A program made the position numbers and the translations under genes. Positions 1-15,000 of a DNA stretch of 64,000 nucleotides are shown piece after piece; position 1 is the stretch's first letter, and the number at the start of each line of letters is the position of its first letter. This DNA is from Trichoplax sp. H2 (lineage: Eukaryota): contig NOWV01000022.1 of the NCBI GenBank assembly GCA_003344405.1, positions 1-64,000 of the forward strand. Reading direction: 5' to 3'. The notes beneath the pieces were generated by a model. That model was not told where the DNA came from and ran no database searches. It saw only the letters and a list, made by a program, of their open reading frames with translations.

Positions 1-3000
1 GCTGTATTTAAGCCGTTCTTTAGCTGACGTTCCCTTAATCGACATTTCGATATAAATTCTTTGTTTCTGTCTTTCAATTTAGCGAATTTCTTATCTAAAG
101 TATCTATATCTACTTCACAACAGTCCGGATATAATTCGTCGAGTTTGGATTCTAATTCTCTTATCGCGACATTGTATTCATCGTTAATTTTCTGCGATGT
201 TAATTTATGATCTTTAATATTATTTTCTATAGCTTCCAATGACGATCCTACTGACTTTACCAAATCGTAATCAGTAATTGTTGTATCTAATGCCTCAATC
301 GCATTTCCGTATACATTATTCCAATCTTCATGTTTATCCTTTCTGTCTTTTAGTAGATTTTCTTTCGTATTGATTACTTTGTCTGCTTTTTCTAGCCGAT
401 CTTTCACACGTTTTAATTTATCTTTCATTTCATTTGACATAGCTTCTAAATCTTTTCCAGATACTGCTTCTATCTTACTCTCGAGATTCTTCAGTAATTC
501 ATCATTACTATCTATTGCGTTTTCTAGTTCTTTACATTTCTCTAAACACATATCAGACTCGTCTAATTTAACTTGTGCCATTTCTTGACGTACGAGTTCA
601 GTTTCTTCTATTTCTTCGCATTTCGAGTTTAATTTCTTATATATTTCCTCGAAATCGTTAGAAACTTCGTATGCTTCTTCTACGTTACTCTTCTTATTCT
701 CGCTGCTTTCTTTTGTCAAGATGTATTGTTCTTTTAAATTTTCCACTTCTTTTACTATCTTTTCTTTCTCGTCTTGTGGAACATTTTCTGTTAGCTCATC
801 ACAAATATTTGTCAATGTCGATATGAAATCACCTCTATCTTTAATATCATTCTCAATGTTCTGAAACAGATTTTAACATAGACATATATCATAGTTAATA
901 TTGGCTTCACAATAAATGATAGTTTCTAGCAATAAACAACATAAGATTAGTCGCTAGGTAGCAATGATCATTAAGAATTAGATTTAGCACCTTTGTGGTG
1001 TTTCTATTATCTTCAATATTAGTACTCGATGTTTTTGGTAAGTCTACTTTCTTTAATTGATTATTTACACTTTCCAGCCAGTTTGATAATTCTTTCAGAT
1101 TTTGATCAAGTTGTTGTGATTGTTCTTGTTTCATTTTCAAATAGGATTCATTCTCTCGCACAGCAATCTCTAACTTACGCAGTCTATCCTTAATCCCGTT
1201 TACTTTACTGGGTAAGTGTTCATAGCTACCATCAGTATCAAGCGAAATAAGCTGATTGGCCAATTTTTCCAATTTATGGGCAAAATTTTCACCTCTATTG
1301 AGTGTTTCGATGATTTGCTAACACAAGAATGCATTCATTTATTTACAGAAAAGTACAGACTTCAAAAGTTCTTTATATGTTAATTAAGTAATTCTACATA
1401 TTTCTTTAGGAAAGCCTCCCACTAAATAATCTTAAGTCTTACCAATTGTTTTTCGAATTGTTCCTTCATAGAATTATCATCAATAGACACAATTGGTTTA
1501 AAGGCATAATCACCACTCTCAATTTCATCACATAAAGTGGTTACGGCATCGTATGAGAGTTCAAATGCCTCTAATAATTTTAGTTTTTTCTCCTCTGCGC
1601 TAGCATTGATCAATTCATATTTATTTCTGATATCGATTATATCATTCCCAATCTCTTCAGCATCTACAACAGAAGAGTTTTTAATTATATCTTCACGGAG
1701 TTCTTCTATCTCATTTAGGCATTCTATGTATCTTTCCCTAGTAGTGTGATCGACCTACAGAAATATCATACATAAGATGACATATAATTATCAACTTCAA
1801 CATCAATTATACCGCGTTGCAATAAGTAGAAGCAACTAACCTGAGGGGAATCAATTGCTGAAATTTGAATTCGATCAAGAAATTTTTTAACATTTTGAAT
1901 TTTGTCTTGTAGATCTTTCATTTGGAGATCGTACTGTCGGACACGTTGATATTTCTCTCGAGCAAAGTCTAGCAAGTTGGCCAATCTGTTCTTGATACTA
2001 CTAACGTTATTTTCTATGAGTTCAGTGACAGATGGTGAATTTAGTACAGTAAGTTCACTGGCAGCTTCTTCCAATTTCTGGACGGTTTCATCACTTGATT
2101 CTATACCTTTAAATATTTTCTGCAAGCAAGAAAAAGCTCAACTTGTAAAAGAAACTGTATATGGCTAGCTCACCTATCAGAACTCATCAAAATTATATTA
2201 TATACCTGCAATTCAGTTTCATAATCGTCAACATCCCTTAATCTCATAAGATTATCACTGCTTCGCATGACACAGCTAGATTCGACTTCTGCGCAAAGTT
2301 CTAGCAAGCTGCTGATACTTTCAGAATAATCTCCGACTACATTTTTTCCCATTGTAAGTCTGTCCTCTTTCTCAGTTAGCATCTTAATCAAGTCATTATA
2401 ATTTTCTTCGACTTCTTGTAATTGGTTTGCAATATTAACACAGTCATTTTCTGGGCAACACGCGCTAAGCTCTTTTCCTATCTGATTCACCACTATTTTA
2501 GTACTCTTACAACGATTTACATCTCCTCTGCAAATCTAGAAATAAATTCAGAACGTAATTATTTTTATAACATCCATTAACGTAAATAATCAAGAATCCT
2601 TACATTGTAATCACAAAGTTTCTGATCTACTTCTTCTATAGTCAAACCCACAGAAAGATCTTTCACTGTATCACTGTCTTTGTAACTAAGGATATCTCTA
2701 AGTAATTCTTGTACTGTCTTGTCGAATTTATTAGATAAGGTTAACTTATCATTTAATTCATTTACTATAACGTCTATCTTAGATCGCATCTCTGTAAAAT
2801 GTCTATCTATATCAGCCACTTGTAACCCAACGTCTTCAGATACATCAAGAGAGCTAACTTTTACAAGTTGATCTGCACAAGTATGTAATTCAGTCAACAA
2901 AACTTGATCTTTAACCAGATTGTTAGAAGCTTCCTGAATTTCATAAAGTTAGAAAATTAAAAATTTATTCGTAATCACATAATCTTTTGAACGCAAGTTG

Positions 3001-6000
3001 CTTACTTTGCTTTGGATATTGAATTCTTCTAGCGAGCTTAACCCCACTGAGTTAATTTCTACGTTCATAATGTCGCTCGCTATCAGTATTTCATAAATTC
3101 CTCGTAGATTTACTAACTTAGCCTCAAAGTTCTTAGCAGCATCATTCGTCTTACGCCATTTGTCTCCTTTCTCATTAATAGTTATCAAAATATCTGAGTA
3201 ACGGTCTTTAACCTTATCAAGTTTACTCTGAATTCTAACTACATCTTTGTTTGAGCCATAATTAGTAATTTCACTCCCAATTTTTTCAATCTCGTCAATG
3301 ACTTCCTTACAGTTTTCAACATTGCCTTCTATAACCTACATCAATAATTTTTTTATAGGTTACGCATGTTATCGAAACTTGATCAAAAGAAAACTATCAG
3401 AAATCAAATTACCTTATGTGCCTTGATACACTCCTCTATAACAGTTGTATCAATAGTACTGAGAGTATTTTTACGCAATTCTCCGTCGACCGCATCAAAG
3501 TATGCCTTTGCAAAATCGACTTTTTCATCGAACTGACGTATTCGGTTAGACTTTTCTTTTAAGAGATTCTTTTTATCAGTTAACATGGCTCTGATATCAT
3601 GAGCACGATTTTTAAGACCCTCTACCTTGTTTTGAAAAGGATGTACAAGTTGACTAGCGTCTGAAAACAGTTTAGCATTTGCTTCCGCCTCTTCTGCAAT
3701 TTCGTCATAGACAATGAAACTCTTTTCGAATTCCTAAAGATAATAGATACTAACCTTCAACAGTTGCACAATCAGAAGACAGTAAAATAATTCGCAAATT
3801 TGATTGCCCATACCTCAAATTCAGCTAAGCAACTTTCCACAACTTCCGAATCCACACTAACAATATTCACGTCGGCAAGTTGTGTAATTGTTGGATTTTC
3901 GCATAAGGTGTTCAATTCATTGTAGGAATTTTCAAATTCTTTTGCCCTTAAAGAGTACTCTTCCAACTTCTTCTTCCTTTCACTTATCATATCGTCGAAA
4001 TTTGTAAATTTATTTCTCAAGTTGGAAACTTCTGCAGTAAGTCTCTTGGAGTCGATATCAGAATAAGTAACTAACTTTGATCCTATACTGTCCAATTCAT
4101 TAAACTGATCCTTCCAACTTTCAATCTCTTCAGCAGCAAACTATTCATATTAAAATATTCAAGACTTTATTGAAAATTCGAATACCTAAATGATGAATAA
4201 TAACCATGATCTAAACATACCTGTAGCTCAACTAGATCTTTTGTCAATTCTCCAGCTGTTACAGCTGTAACAGGCGCTTCCACAACTTTCTCCAGTCCAC
4301 TAATTTTACTTTGAAAGTCTTGAACTATCTCGTAAGAATTCTGCATAGTCTGTTCCTTTTGTTTTAAGTTTACGTATTTAGCATTTAGCGTACTGTTCAC
4401 ATTTCCTGCTTCAGAAGTTAATTCCGATATTTTTTCGTGGAAGTACTGAGCATCTTTATCGAAGTTAACATCCAGTAACGTAGCGGTATTCTCACTCATT
4501 GCTTTAATATCACTTTCGATAATGGAAACCAGGGTTTGTAATTCCTAAAAAATTATTTAATTTTGTTTATTGTCTCTATAGCTTTACTTTATTTTTACCT
4601 ATCATATAGTAACTACCTTGTAATCTGACAACAGCTTCTCAATCTCCACCTTGTTTACATCAAATAACTTTACAGTAAGGAAAGGTCCACATTTAATGTC
4701 TTGGCACTTTTGTTTCACCTCTTTATATTGTCGTGTAAGCAATAATACCATTTCTTCACCCTTAATAAGTTTCTTTTCCCGTTCTTTAATTGCCTCAAAA
4801 ATACTATCAACCTTACTCTTAACATAATGTAAAATACTTAGATTGCCGGACTTTTGTTGATCTAGTGTCCTCGCTATTAATTTTTTGTTCAACTTCTGAA
4901 GTTGATTTATACTTTCTTCGTGAGTACAAAGTTCGTCTGATAATTTCTATAAGGAAAAAATTGGAATCTTAAAAGCTGCAACTTTGAGGTGCAGAGTACA
5001 AAATAATATCCGAAAGAATATGAATTTACCCGCAAATAAGATAACTTAGGTTGTACTTGATCAATTTCAATTTCATTCAGTAAGTCTATCAGCGAACTGC
5101 TAGTCTTAGTACACCATTTATTTATTTCATCGATAGAGATATCAATGAATTCAAAGTCCCGTAATCGTTCTTTTAATTCGGATTCTTTAAGTCGCACTTG
5201 GTCTCTTAAACTAAATAGTTTATTCTTAAATTGCAAAAACTGATCATATTTTGGTTGTGGGTAGTTTGCCGAGTTTAATGAAGATAGCATATCCATGTTT
5301 TCGCTAGCCACACTGAGCGCATCGTCTCCGATCATAAACTGCTTGTGACATTGCTATTAAACAAAAAACGATACGCTGATCATGATCAACGCACTAATTT
5401 CATTTAGACAATATAGTCATAACTTACCTGACATCTATCTATGTAGCTTCGAATATCTTCCATTCTAATAATTTCAACATCAATTCCGACAACTCCACAC
5501 AGTTCGACTAGCCTACACGATTGGCTTACTTTTTCCAAGGATTCTTTAATCCGATCAGCAGCTACTTTCCCACTTTCTAAGTCATAGCCGCGCTGGTTGA
5601 TTACTGCAGTAAGCTTTAAGCTATTGTCTTTAGCAGCCTGCAATTTTAATTTAACATCAGCTACTTCAGACTCGGGCACGTTTTGTATGACACTGTTATG
5701 CATTTCTTCAATTTTGGCTAAGAGAGTGTCCTGACGTTGAATCTTGTCGAGGATAATCCTCTGTTCGAAAAGATTCCCCTCTATTTCTAAGATATCAAAC
5801 CCAATCAATTCCTTTCCAGGCAAATTTTTATTAATTTCATACTGCAAGTCTTTTAACTCCTTAATACTAAGATCAAATCGAGATATGCTGTCATATTTGG
5901 TTTTAAGCTCTATTCCCTTCTCTTGTATTGCTTTACCAATTTCCATTGTATTTTCTTTTAATATTTTAACCTTCTCAAATAATTGCGATGCTTCCTTCTC

Positions 6001-9000
6001 GTTAAAAGCTGCTAACTGAAGAGCAGCATGATCGACTTCGCTTAGCAAGTATTCATTATGATTAAGGTTACTTTGTAATTCCATACAAGTAGCATGATAG
6101 CTTTCTACTTCAGTTATTGCTAAATCTTTTACAATAACTTCCGAAATTGCTGCAGCCTTAAGACTTTCGTATATATTGTACAACTTATCATAAACTTCCT
6201 CAAAATGTTTGCACATCACCATTACTTTTGATGCCTGTTGCCTCTCTTCCAAAGCCTTCATTCTCAAGGCAAAATACCGATTCCAGGTTTCTTGCACTTC
6301 CTGATTTATCTTACTACTATTGATCTGGGTAAGGAAAGGCATTTGTTTATTGAAAGAGTCTTCTATCGCCTGTAATACGCTGTGGTAACCATCAATTTCG
6401 ACAAGTAGAGTTCCTAGATCGTTCAAACTTTTGGCTATTGTTTCAGAAGTAATCCCAATAGTTTGATCCAATAATAACTCGTCAGAAAGGCTATCAAGCC
6501 AGGAATTAACGTCGCTAATATTTTTTATATAAGCTTCATAGCATTTAAGTCTCTCCTGCAGGGCTTGTTTATTTACCTTCAATGAAGAATTTATTTCTCT
6601 AATTTTGTTTTTAGATCTCTCAGGTTCTTGCATTATATGAGAAGAAAGATGATAAGGATTTAATTTAACAACTTGTTCTGTAATAATTTCTAGCTTTTCA
6701 TGTAGGGCCATGTGATGGTTGATTTTATTCTCAAGTTCTTGACAACTAACAATATATTCGTGTGTTGCATTAATATCTACAGCTTCGATTGTTAAGTTAA
6801 TGATTCTTGAGGATTCAATATCAGCATATGACTCCTTAACAGCCGCAAGACAATTTATATAAAAGTCCAGCGCTGTCTTTAGTTCTTTTAACTTATTTTC
6901 TTTTGTAGTGACAATCTCCATTAATTGAGCATAATTTTCTTTCATTTTCGATATCATGCGTTTGACATTGATTAAATTTTCACCAGAACAAAGGGTTATC
7001 ATATTATCACCAATACTCTCAATTTCAGCTACGTTATTTCTTTCATGGATTACTTCTTCTTTTACTTCCTCCATTAGACGTGAATTCTGTAATATACTAT
7101 CAGATTCAACACCAACCGTCTGAAGTTTTAGCAATTTTTCTCTAACCCTAAACTGCCATGTATCAAACATATTTAAATTTTTATCTAACTTCTCATATAA
7201 TTCTCCTTTCGTAAATAACGATTTCTGTCTGAATTCAACATCTTGTCGTAGTGCTTCAAAGCCTTCTACAACAGAATTTAGCTTCTCCCGTATTATGCCC
7301 TTAGAATCTTCCGAATTCATTTCCATTAGCTTTTCTGCACTTTTTTGAGCTTCAGTAAGGATAATGACATACTCTGATTGTAAATCCTTGATTTTTGAAC
7401 ATTTTAAGCTAGCTTCTTTGAGTTCCTTCAATCTTATCGAAGATAAATCAATTTTTAATATATTTTCCTGGCTAATATTCTTATTAAACCCATCAAGTTC
7501 ACAATAAGATTTCTCAAACTGCTTAGCAGCCTGTAAAGCGGATTTTACTAAGTGATCTTTGGATTTCAACCGATGTTTTAATTTACCGTATTCCGCATCA
7601 ATAAACTCAATATCACTCTGAAATTCTTTAGTTATTTCTTTAGAAGTGGTCACAGTAATTTCATTAAGTTTATCTTTGACAGCGCCAATCGAATTTTCAA
7701 TGGGAAGAAGTTGATCATGTATTTCAGTAAGATGATAACCACTACTTTGGATATCGTCAACCGTAACTCCTACGAACATTATAGCATCTAAGTCATTATT
7801 TAGCATTATTATACGGCTATTCAAACTTTTTAGTCGCTCATTAATTTCAGTTACGTCTCGTTGCCTCTCCATTAACACATCTTTCTTCAAATTAACTAAA
7901 TCGATTAACTTTCTCACTCGATCATTGGCATCTTGAACAATCTTTCGAAGAAAAGATGGGTTTGTAGATATTTTACGCCCTACCATTTTTTTAATATTGA
8001 TTATCATGTTATTAGTAAGATCTTGATAAACTACAAGGCTAGCTAATGCTGTCTCACACCTAGCAATGTAACTACTAAATAATTCCATATCGACCGTTTC
8101 AACTTCTATTTTTGCTACATCCTTTTCAGCGTCATTACAAAGTTCGTGTAAAGATTGCCTAGAAGTTTGAAATTCTAGCATCGCAAACTTGATTCCACGA
8201 ATTTCATCATCGTTCTTTCTAACAATATGTTGCAGTCCTGAATAACGATTATGAATTCTTTCTGATTGAAGTTTGATCACATTCATTTCACGTTCCGAAG
8301 CTTTACTCTTGATATCAGAAACAATTTTGCGTAATTGCATTACATTTTCTTCGCCTTTACTAATGTCATCTAAGAGTTCTTTATTTTTCACCAAAAATTT
8401 ATCTACGTCATCTGGATTTAAATCAATTTGCTCGCTTTCTTTCCTGCTTTCTAGCTGATCTAACCATGTTTGTAGCTGCTTTGTAGACTTGTTAAACAAA
8501 TTTACCTGATCCCTTTTCCATTCAAGGTTTTGTTTTAGATCCATGATTGTACTTTCCATATCGGTAAAACGAGACCGAATTTCATCAGCCTTTTGATTTA
8601 TTAGCAATGATACACCTTCTGGATTAATCTTTATCAATTGATTTGCACTTGCTCGCATCCTATCAACCGTACTTTGGTTACTTTTCATTAAATTCTCATT
8701 TACAATGCAGCTGTCAATATAATTATTTACATCTTCGTTAGGTACTAAAGCAATATCAACAGTACAAATGTCTTCAGCTTCTATTTTATCAATAATCCTT
8801 TCTAGTAAATTGTAACATTCTTGGAATCGTTCTGCTGCATCTAAAGCAATTTTGAACACGTCACTTCTACTGCTAACAGCTTCACAGGTATCTTTATAAG
8901 AACTAGTTAGCTCGTCAATCTTCAACGCTAATTTTTCTTGATCTTCATGGTTACATTTTGTCTCAATGTCCGATTTTGAACTTTCTAGCGATGATAAAGA

Positions 9001-12000
9001 CTGCTGACGTTGATTGCAATCTTGTAGCATAATTCTAAGATTATTATATTGGTTTTCGATGGTTTTCACTTCAAGCCCTATAGGATCAGTCTGATTAATT
9101 TGGAGTTGAATTATAGAAATCCAACTGTAAAAATCTCGAATCTTATCATTTAATGCGCGAATTATTCTTCTCTTATCTTTAAGTTCCTTTTCTTTGACAG
9201 TTTTATTCGCTTTAATATCAATAATCTTATTTCGTATGCTGTCAATTTCCCCGCTAATTGATGTAGTGACATTTACGGGACAGATAGCAGCAAGCTTATC
9301 TAAAAATCCTTCAGCACGTTCGTTTACATCTTCACAACTAGCCAGTAATGTATCAATTTCTTTACATTCCGCAATACAGTTGTCAATAGCATCTGTAGTT
9401 ATATCAGTAATGCCTAATTGTACCACTTTCGTACTTGAAAGATGACCATGCAATTCTACTAGCCTTGCTACTAAATTTTCCAGCATCTGCATAATAACAC
9501 AACAATCTTCTAGCGACTTCTTTCTTTCCGAAACAACTTTAGTCATATCTTCATGCTTCTTCCTAGCAACTTGCAACCGATTCCAAATGGGAAGCATACT
9601 TATCGACGTAGAACTATCTGAAGAATCTTTCAGCATCATTTCCAATTGTACAATTAAACCACCACAATTCTCCAGATTGTTATATATTTCTTTACAATAG
9701 CTCAAATTTTGATCCGTTTCTAAGAAATTTTTACCAAATTGACTACTTTTGGTGATTTTCTCGCTAGCTAAATCTAGTTGATCATAAATGTTCCGTAGGA
9801 ATTCATCAAGGTTTTTTGACGAAGCTATGATGTCATTTAATTTACGTTGTCTATCTAGGATGATTTTATTCAGTTCATTTAAACGATTTTTCGATTCTTT
9901 CACTTTAATGGACAAACAGCTTGAATCCTCTTTGCAATTCAGTAACTCAGCAATATCAACCATATTCTCTAGATAGCCATTGCAGTCCAAAAGAAATCTT
10001 TTAGCAAATTCACAATTATTTAAGTAATCAAACGCTTGATTCATATCTATCGATGCCAGCTGTGACTTCATAACATCAAGTTTCATAACTTTTTCACAAG
10101 ATTCAGACAACAGCAGATAGTATGACTCAAAATCTTTAGACTTCTCAAGTTGCTCCTTGATTATTATAAGTCTTTTTTGACACGTACTCTCTAATTCATC
10201 TAATTTTCTGGATATCGGAGGTGTACTATTCGAAATTGACAGAACGTCACTATCTATACTACTCTCCGATAGACTGTCTATATTCTTTAAAATATCTGTA
10301 AAAGAAGTTCGTTGCACTCCTACAGACGTTAATAAGTCCTCGTTAGCTTTTAGCATTTTTTCCAGATCATCCGCACGCATTTTCATATCATCAGAGTGTA
10401 TTATTTGTTGTTCTATTATGCCAATCTCATCGCAAATCGTTGATAGGCCTCCATTAATATATTGCACCAGCTCCCTACGATTCTTTATTTGTTCCATTCT
10501 ATCTTGAATAGCAACATTAATATCATCCATTCGTCCCTTTAATGTACAAAAAGTGTTTTGTGAAGGTCCTATGACTGATGAAAGGCCAAGATTACTTAAT
10601 ACTTCCCAATTAGAATCGAGTTTTGAGAACAAAGAATCACATTTCACGAGCTCATATTGAACCAAATTGCATTTATTAAGATAGTCCTCTTCGGCATAAA
10701 AGCTTAAACTTGCCACTTCAGTCTTAGTAATCTCAGAAATATTGGCATCATTAACACATTCAGTAAGGTGAATCTCATGATTCTTTAACTCTAACAATGA
10801 TTGGTTACAAGTCCATAAATTTTCACGTTGATAAGTCAAAGTTGCTTCAAGATCTTTCAATTTTCCACGAGATTTTTTAATTTCGTTTTCCATTTGCGTT
10901 ATATCTGACTCAAGAATGACAGTTTTCAGAGGATCAATGATCGTCTCTAAGGTTTGAATCAGAATCGATTTACCATCTAAAGTATTAAGTAAACTATCGA
11001 CTTCGTCAATTGCTGCAACGACGTCTCCAGCTAAGGCGATATCCATCCTCAATTTTCTACTATCCTGATAAACCTCACTTAGAGAATTACTCAATAACAA
11101 AAGGGTACTTTCATAATCGCCTTTCTGCTTAATACTAAATTCAAATTCCCTTCTCATTCTTTCTATCCTAGCTTTAACATCATCATATTCTTTACTTGCT
11201 TTATCTAAACGATCTTGTAATTCTTCGTTCGATTCAGTGTTCCTTAAGGCAATAAATTGTTTCACGCAATTTTTTAAGGCTATCAATGTATCTTCCTTGT
11301 CATTTGCTAAGTCATATAAATGTTCAAACATGGAAAGGCTTTCCGGTAATGCGTTAATATGGACTAGCTTATTTTCGTAATTGTTTAATTGCTCCACAAT
11401 TCTAGAGGTAAGCTTACCAAGTGTCAGGAACAAATATTCGAATTCTTCGGCAAGCCTAAGCTTTTCTAACGAAGAATCTTCTAGTGTCGCATAAGTTTGC
11501 ATTAATGATGCATGAAGTTCTTGAATAAGTTCAATCTGCGAATGTACCGCTTCTTTATCGGCTACTGAACACTGTTGTGATATAGTTCTACCAAGAGCGT
11601 CAAAATCTGCTATATCGACTAATTTATCGCTAATACAATCATACAACCCTTGCAATTTACTCCGGCTTTTTTGAATGGCCTCCGAAGTAAATCCGCTCTC
11701 GATACCTTTTAGGTCTTTCTGAAAATCTCTCAATTCGTTCATTAATACATCGTATTTTTGTTTAAATTTTTGGACATTCGTACGGAGGTCGCCGATTACT
11801 TTTTCTCTGATAGATAATTTCGATTGAAGTTTCTCGAAGCGATTCTGTAGTAATCTTATCTGATTATCAGCGTCCAAATCAATTTTGAAATCATTAAGAG
11901 CATCCGATGCAATCTTCAACTTGCTCAGTTCGTTACTTAAAGTCTGTTTATATTGTCCAGCATGGTATATATCATCATTAAAGTTAAGACAATTGAGATC

Positions 12001-15000
12001 AATGCATGCAAGATTGAGAGTCAATAAATTCGTACTTTCAATCTCTTCCAGAAGCTCTACAATTTTATCTCGAATAGAGTTAAACAGTTTTAAATCTGCC
12101 GCAGTTTTGGTTAAGTGATTCTGCTGCCAAAGAGCTTTTTTCTTAACCTCATTATATCGACTAGTTACATCCTTCATAGTTTCATGAACATTTATGGCAT
12201 CGCTTTCGTTGCTTTCGTCAAGTCGCTTTCTGCCAGCTGCATTAAATCTATCTAATACGACTTGATAGCTATTAATTTCACTTAGTAATTGCTTACTAGT
12301 AAGTATTTCACGATCTGGATCACTGATAATTACAGGATTACTATCCTTCTCTTCTAATTGCTTTTCTTTCTCACATAGCCAACTTTGCATCTTATCGACT
12401 TCAGACCCAAAGTCTTGAGCTTGCCTCAACATATCAAGCATAACAGCTCTTTTACTCCCGACAGATGTCTTGAAATTTTCAATTTTTCCTACCAATTTAT
12501 TAACTTTGACCTGATAAGGAGCCGTAACAGAATCTGTAACAACGGCTTGCAGATCTTTCATAACACTTAGTAAATCGGGTATTTTTTCTTCAACTGTCAA
12601 AATTTTGTCTTCGATATCCTAAGAATTAGAAATACGCGTGTACGATAAAGTGATATATAAAAGCGATCAACCAAAAATAACAGAGGCATTAATTACACTA
12701 TTTAATAATCTTACCTTGCATTGATCTATCAATTGTGGTAAATTTTTGAATGTAAACTCACTATAATCGAAATTTATTATATACGAAGAGTCGATCTCGT
12801 CATAAGTGTTGACTAAATCTGAATATGACCACTTAAATTTTTGTATAACGATCAAACTTTGATTCAGAAAGTTACAACGATTGGAAATAATGATAGTTAA
12901 CCGATCAAGTTCCTTCTCTGTATTATCAGTCAGTAACTGTAAGTCAGACAGGTATTCAGAAGAGCATTGTTTAGCCAGTTCTTCCATTTCCTGTGATACA
13001 CGTTTCAAGTCAAACTTTTTCAATTTCAAGTTTTCAAGATTTTCCTATCCGATAGATAAAATTATTATTTAACAAGCAGCGAAAGGATTTAATACTTGGT
13101 TACTAACAATTGTTGAAATAAATTCTACTACTATTCAAAATAAAATTTTAATGTAAATTCCATTTGATATACTTACTTTATCATTATCGATTTCCGCATC
13201 CACGACATCAAGACTTATAATAATTAACCCTTTGCTAGTATAAATTTTCTCAGTATCTTCCAAAAATGATATAATGTCTTGTACCACACGATTTACACTA
13301 TTCAATTGTTGAAATTGGTGATTCAGAATTTCTTTTCGACTTTTGACCTCGAGAAGTAATGAAGCATAGTCCTGTTCGAATATTTTAACTGATTTTATAC
13401 GATCAAGAGGTAAATTACCCATGCCAGTAGCTTGCCAATGCTCTGTTGTATGTTGATAATCATTGTACAATTTTCCCATATTATCTGTAACACTTGCTAG
13501 TAGTAGCGTATCTTCCTCAAAATTTTTGATTCTTAAGTTGACCATTGGGGCCTTGATGATCTCCATAACTTTTATCTCTTCAATATATTGTAATAGCTTA
13601 CGATAGGACAACAACAGCTCTTCAGTATTTCTAGTCCAGTCCAATTTATCACTTCGATACTGTTTAATCTTTTCGCAAATATCATTAAATCTACCAACAT
13701 TATCATCAAACTCTTGCATGTTATTTGCAATTACCCCACGTAACACTGTATTAATATTATCGTAGCATCTCTGGCTTTCAGCCAAAATTAAAGAATTATC
13801 CGCAACCTCATTCGCTAGACTTGTTAGTTTTTCAATCTGTGATTGATCGTTAGCGTCAGTAGACGAATTAGAAACGGTATCAAGAGTATTTTCAGCGATA
13901 TCCATCCATGAAATAAGCTTAATCATATTAAGTGAATAATCTTTGTATAAAGAAATAACACGACTGTATTTATTGTACTCGCTTTCTAAAGTTCTAATTG
14001 TATATTGGCGTCGTTCTTTCATTCCTTGTACCTTCGATTGAAGTCTGCTTCCAGAGAAGGAATCAATTTCAGTTAAAGTTTTGAGATGATGTTCACATTT
14101 ATGCAAGGCGTCATTATCATGCTGTAAGGATATTTTGCATTTATTTATATCAGCTATCCACGATGATAAATCATTTACGTTATCAAACGTTGAACCATCG
14201 AGAAACATGTCCGCGCTATCTAAAACGGAAAAGATTTGCGTCGCTAATTCTTCAAATTCCATCAATGAGGAAGAATATCTCTGTAAATGTTCTAATTTAT
14301 ATGTGTAATTGCTCATAACTTTCTCATACTGCTCACTGAGGTTAAGAGCTCTTGCTTTAAATTTTTTGGAATCTTCGCATGGGTAATCTGCTACGAATTG
14401 ATTTGCAAGATTGTCCACCAACTGGATTGTACTCCGTTTATCTTTATACTCTTGAACATGAGTTTGAATAGCTTTTTCCTGCTTCAATAATTCCGCTTGA
14501 CTAATACCGAATCGGGTAAATTGAGAAATATATTCCCGATTCTTCAATAAATAATTTTCCATTGCTTTACAAGCCTTCTCAAACTGTTTCATTAACTCAT
14601 ATGCACCTTTCACTATTTCTTTCTGTTGTTGCAATTTAAGTTTAATATCATCAAAACGATCGATTGTTTCATGCATCTCAACACTCAGATCTGGAAGACT
14701 ATCATTATCAGTCCAATAAGCCATCTGATTCTTAAGTCTTTTCACTATCTCTTCAGAAGAATGAACAAGGTTTTCTAAATCCTAAGGTAAGTATTTAAAA
14801 ATTATCAAAAAATAGAAAATTATGGTGTAGTGATAAATCAAAGTTAAAAAATTACGATATATTGCTGATAAGTAATACGAGTGGTAAAAATAGAATGTAT
14901 TCGCTACCTTAATTTCTTGTAGTGCGTCATATAAAGCTGAGAACTTCAAATTATTGGATGCTAAAGAAAAAGCAGGGCTTTTTTCGATATCTTCACAAAC

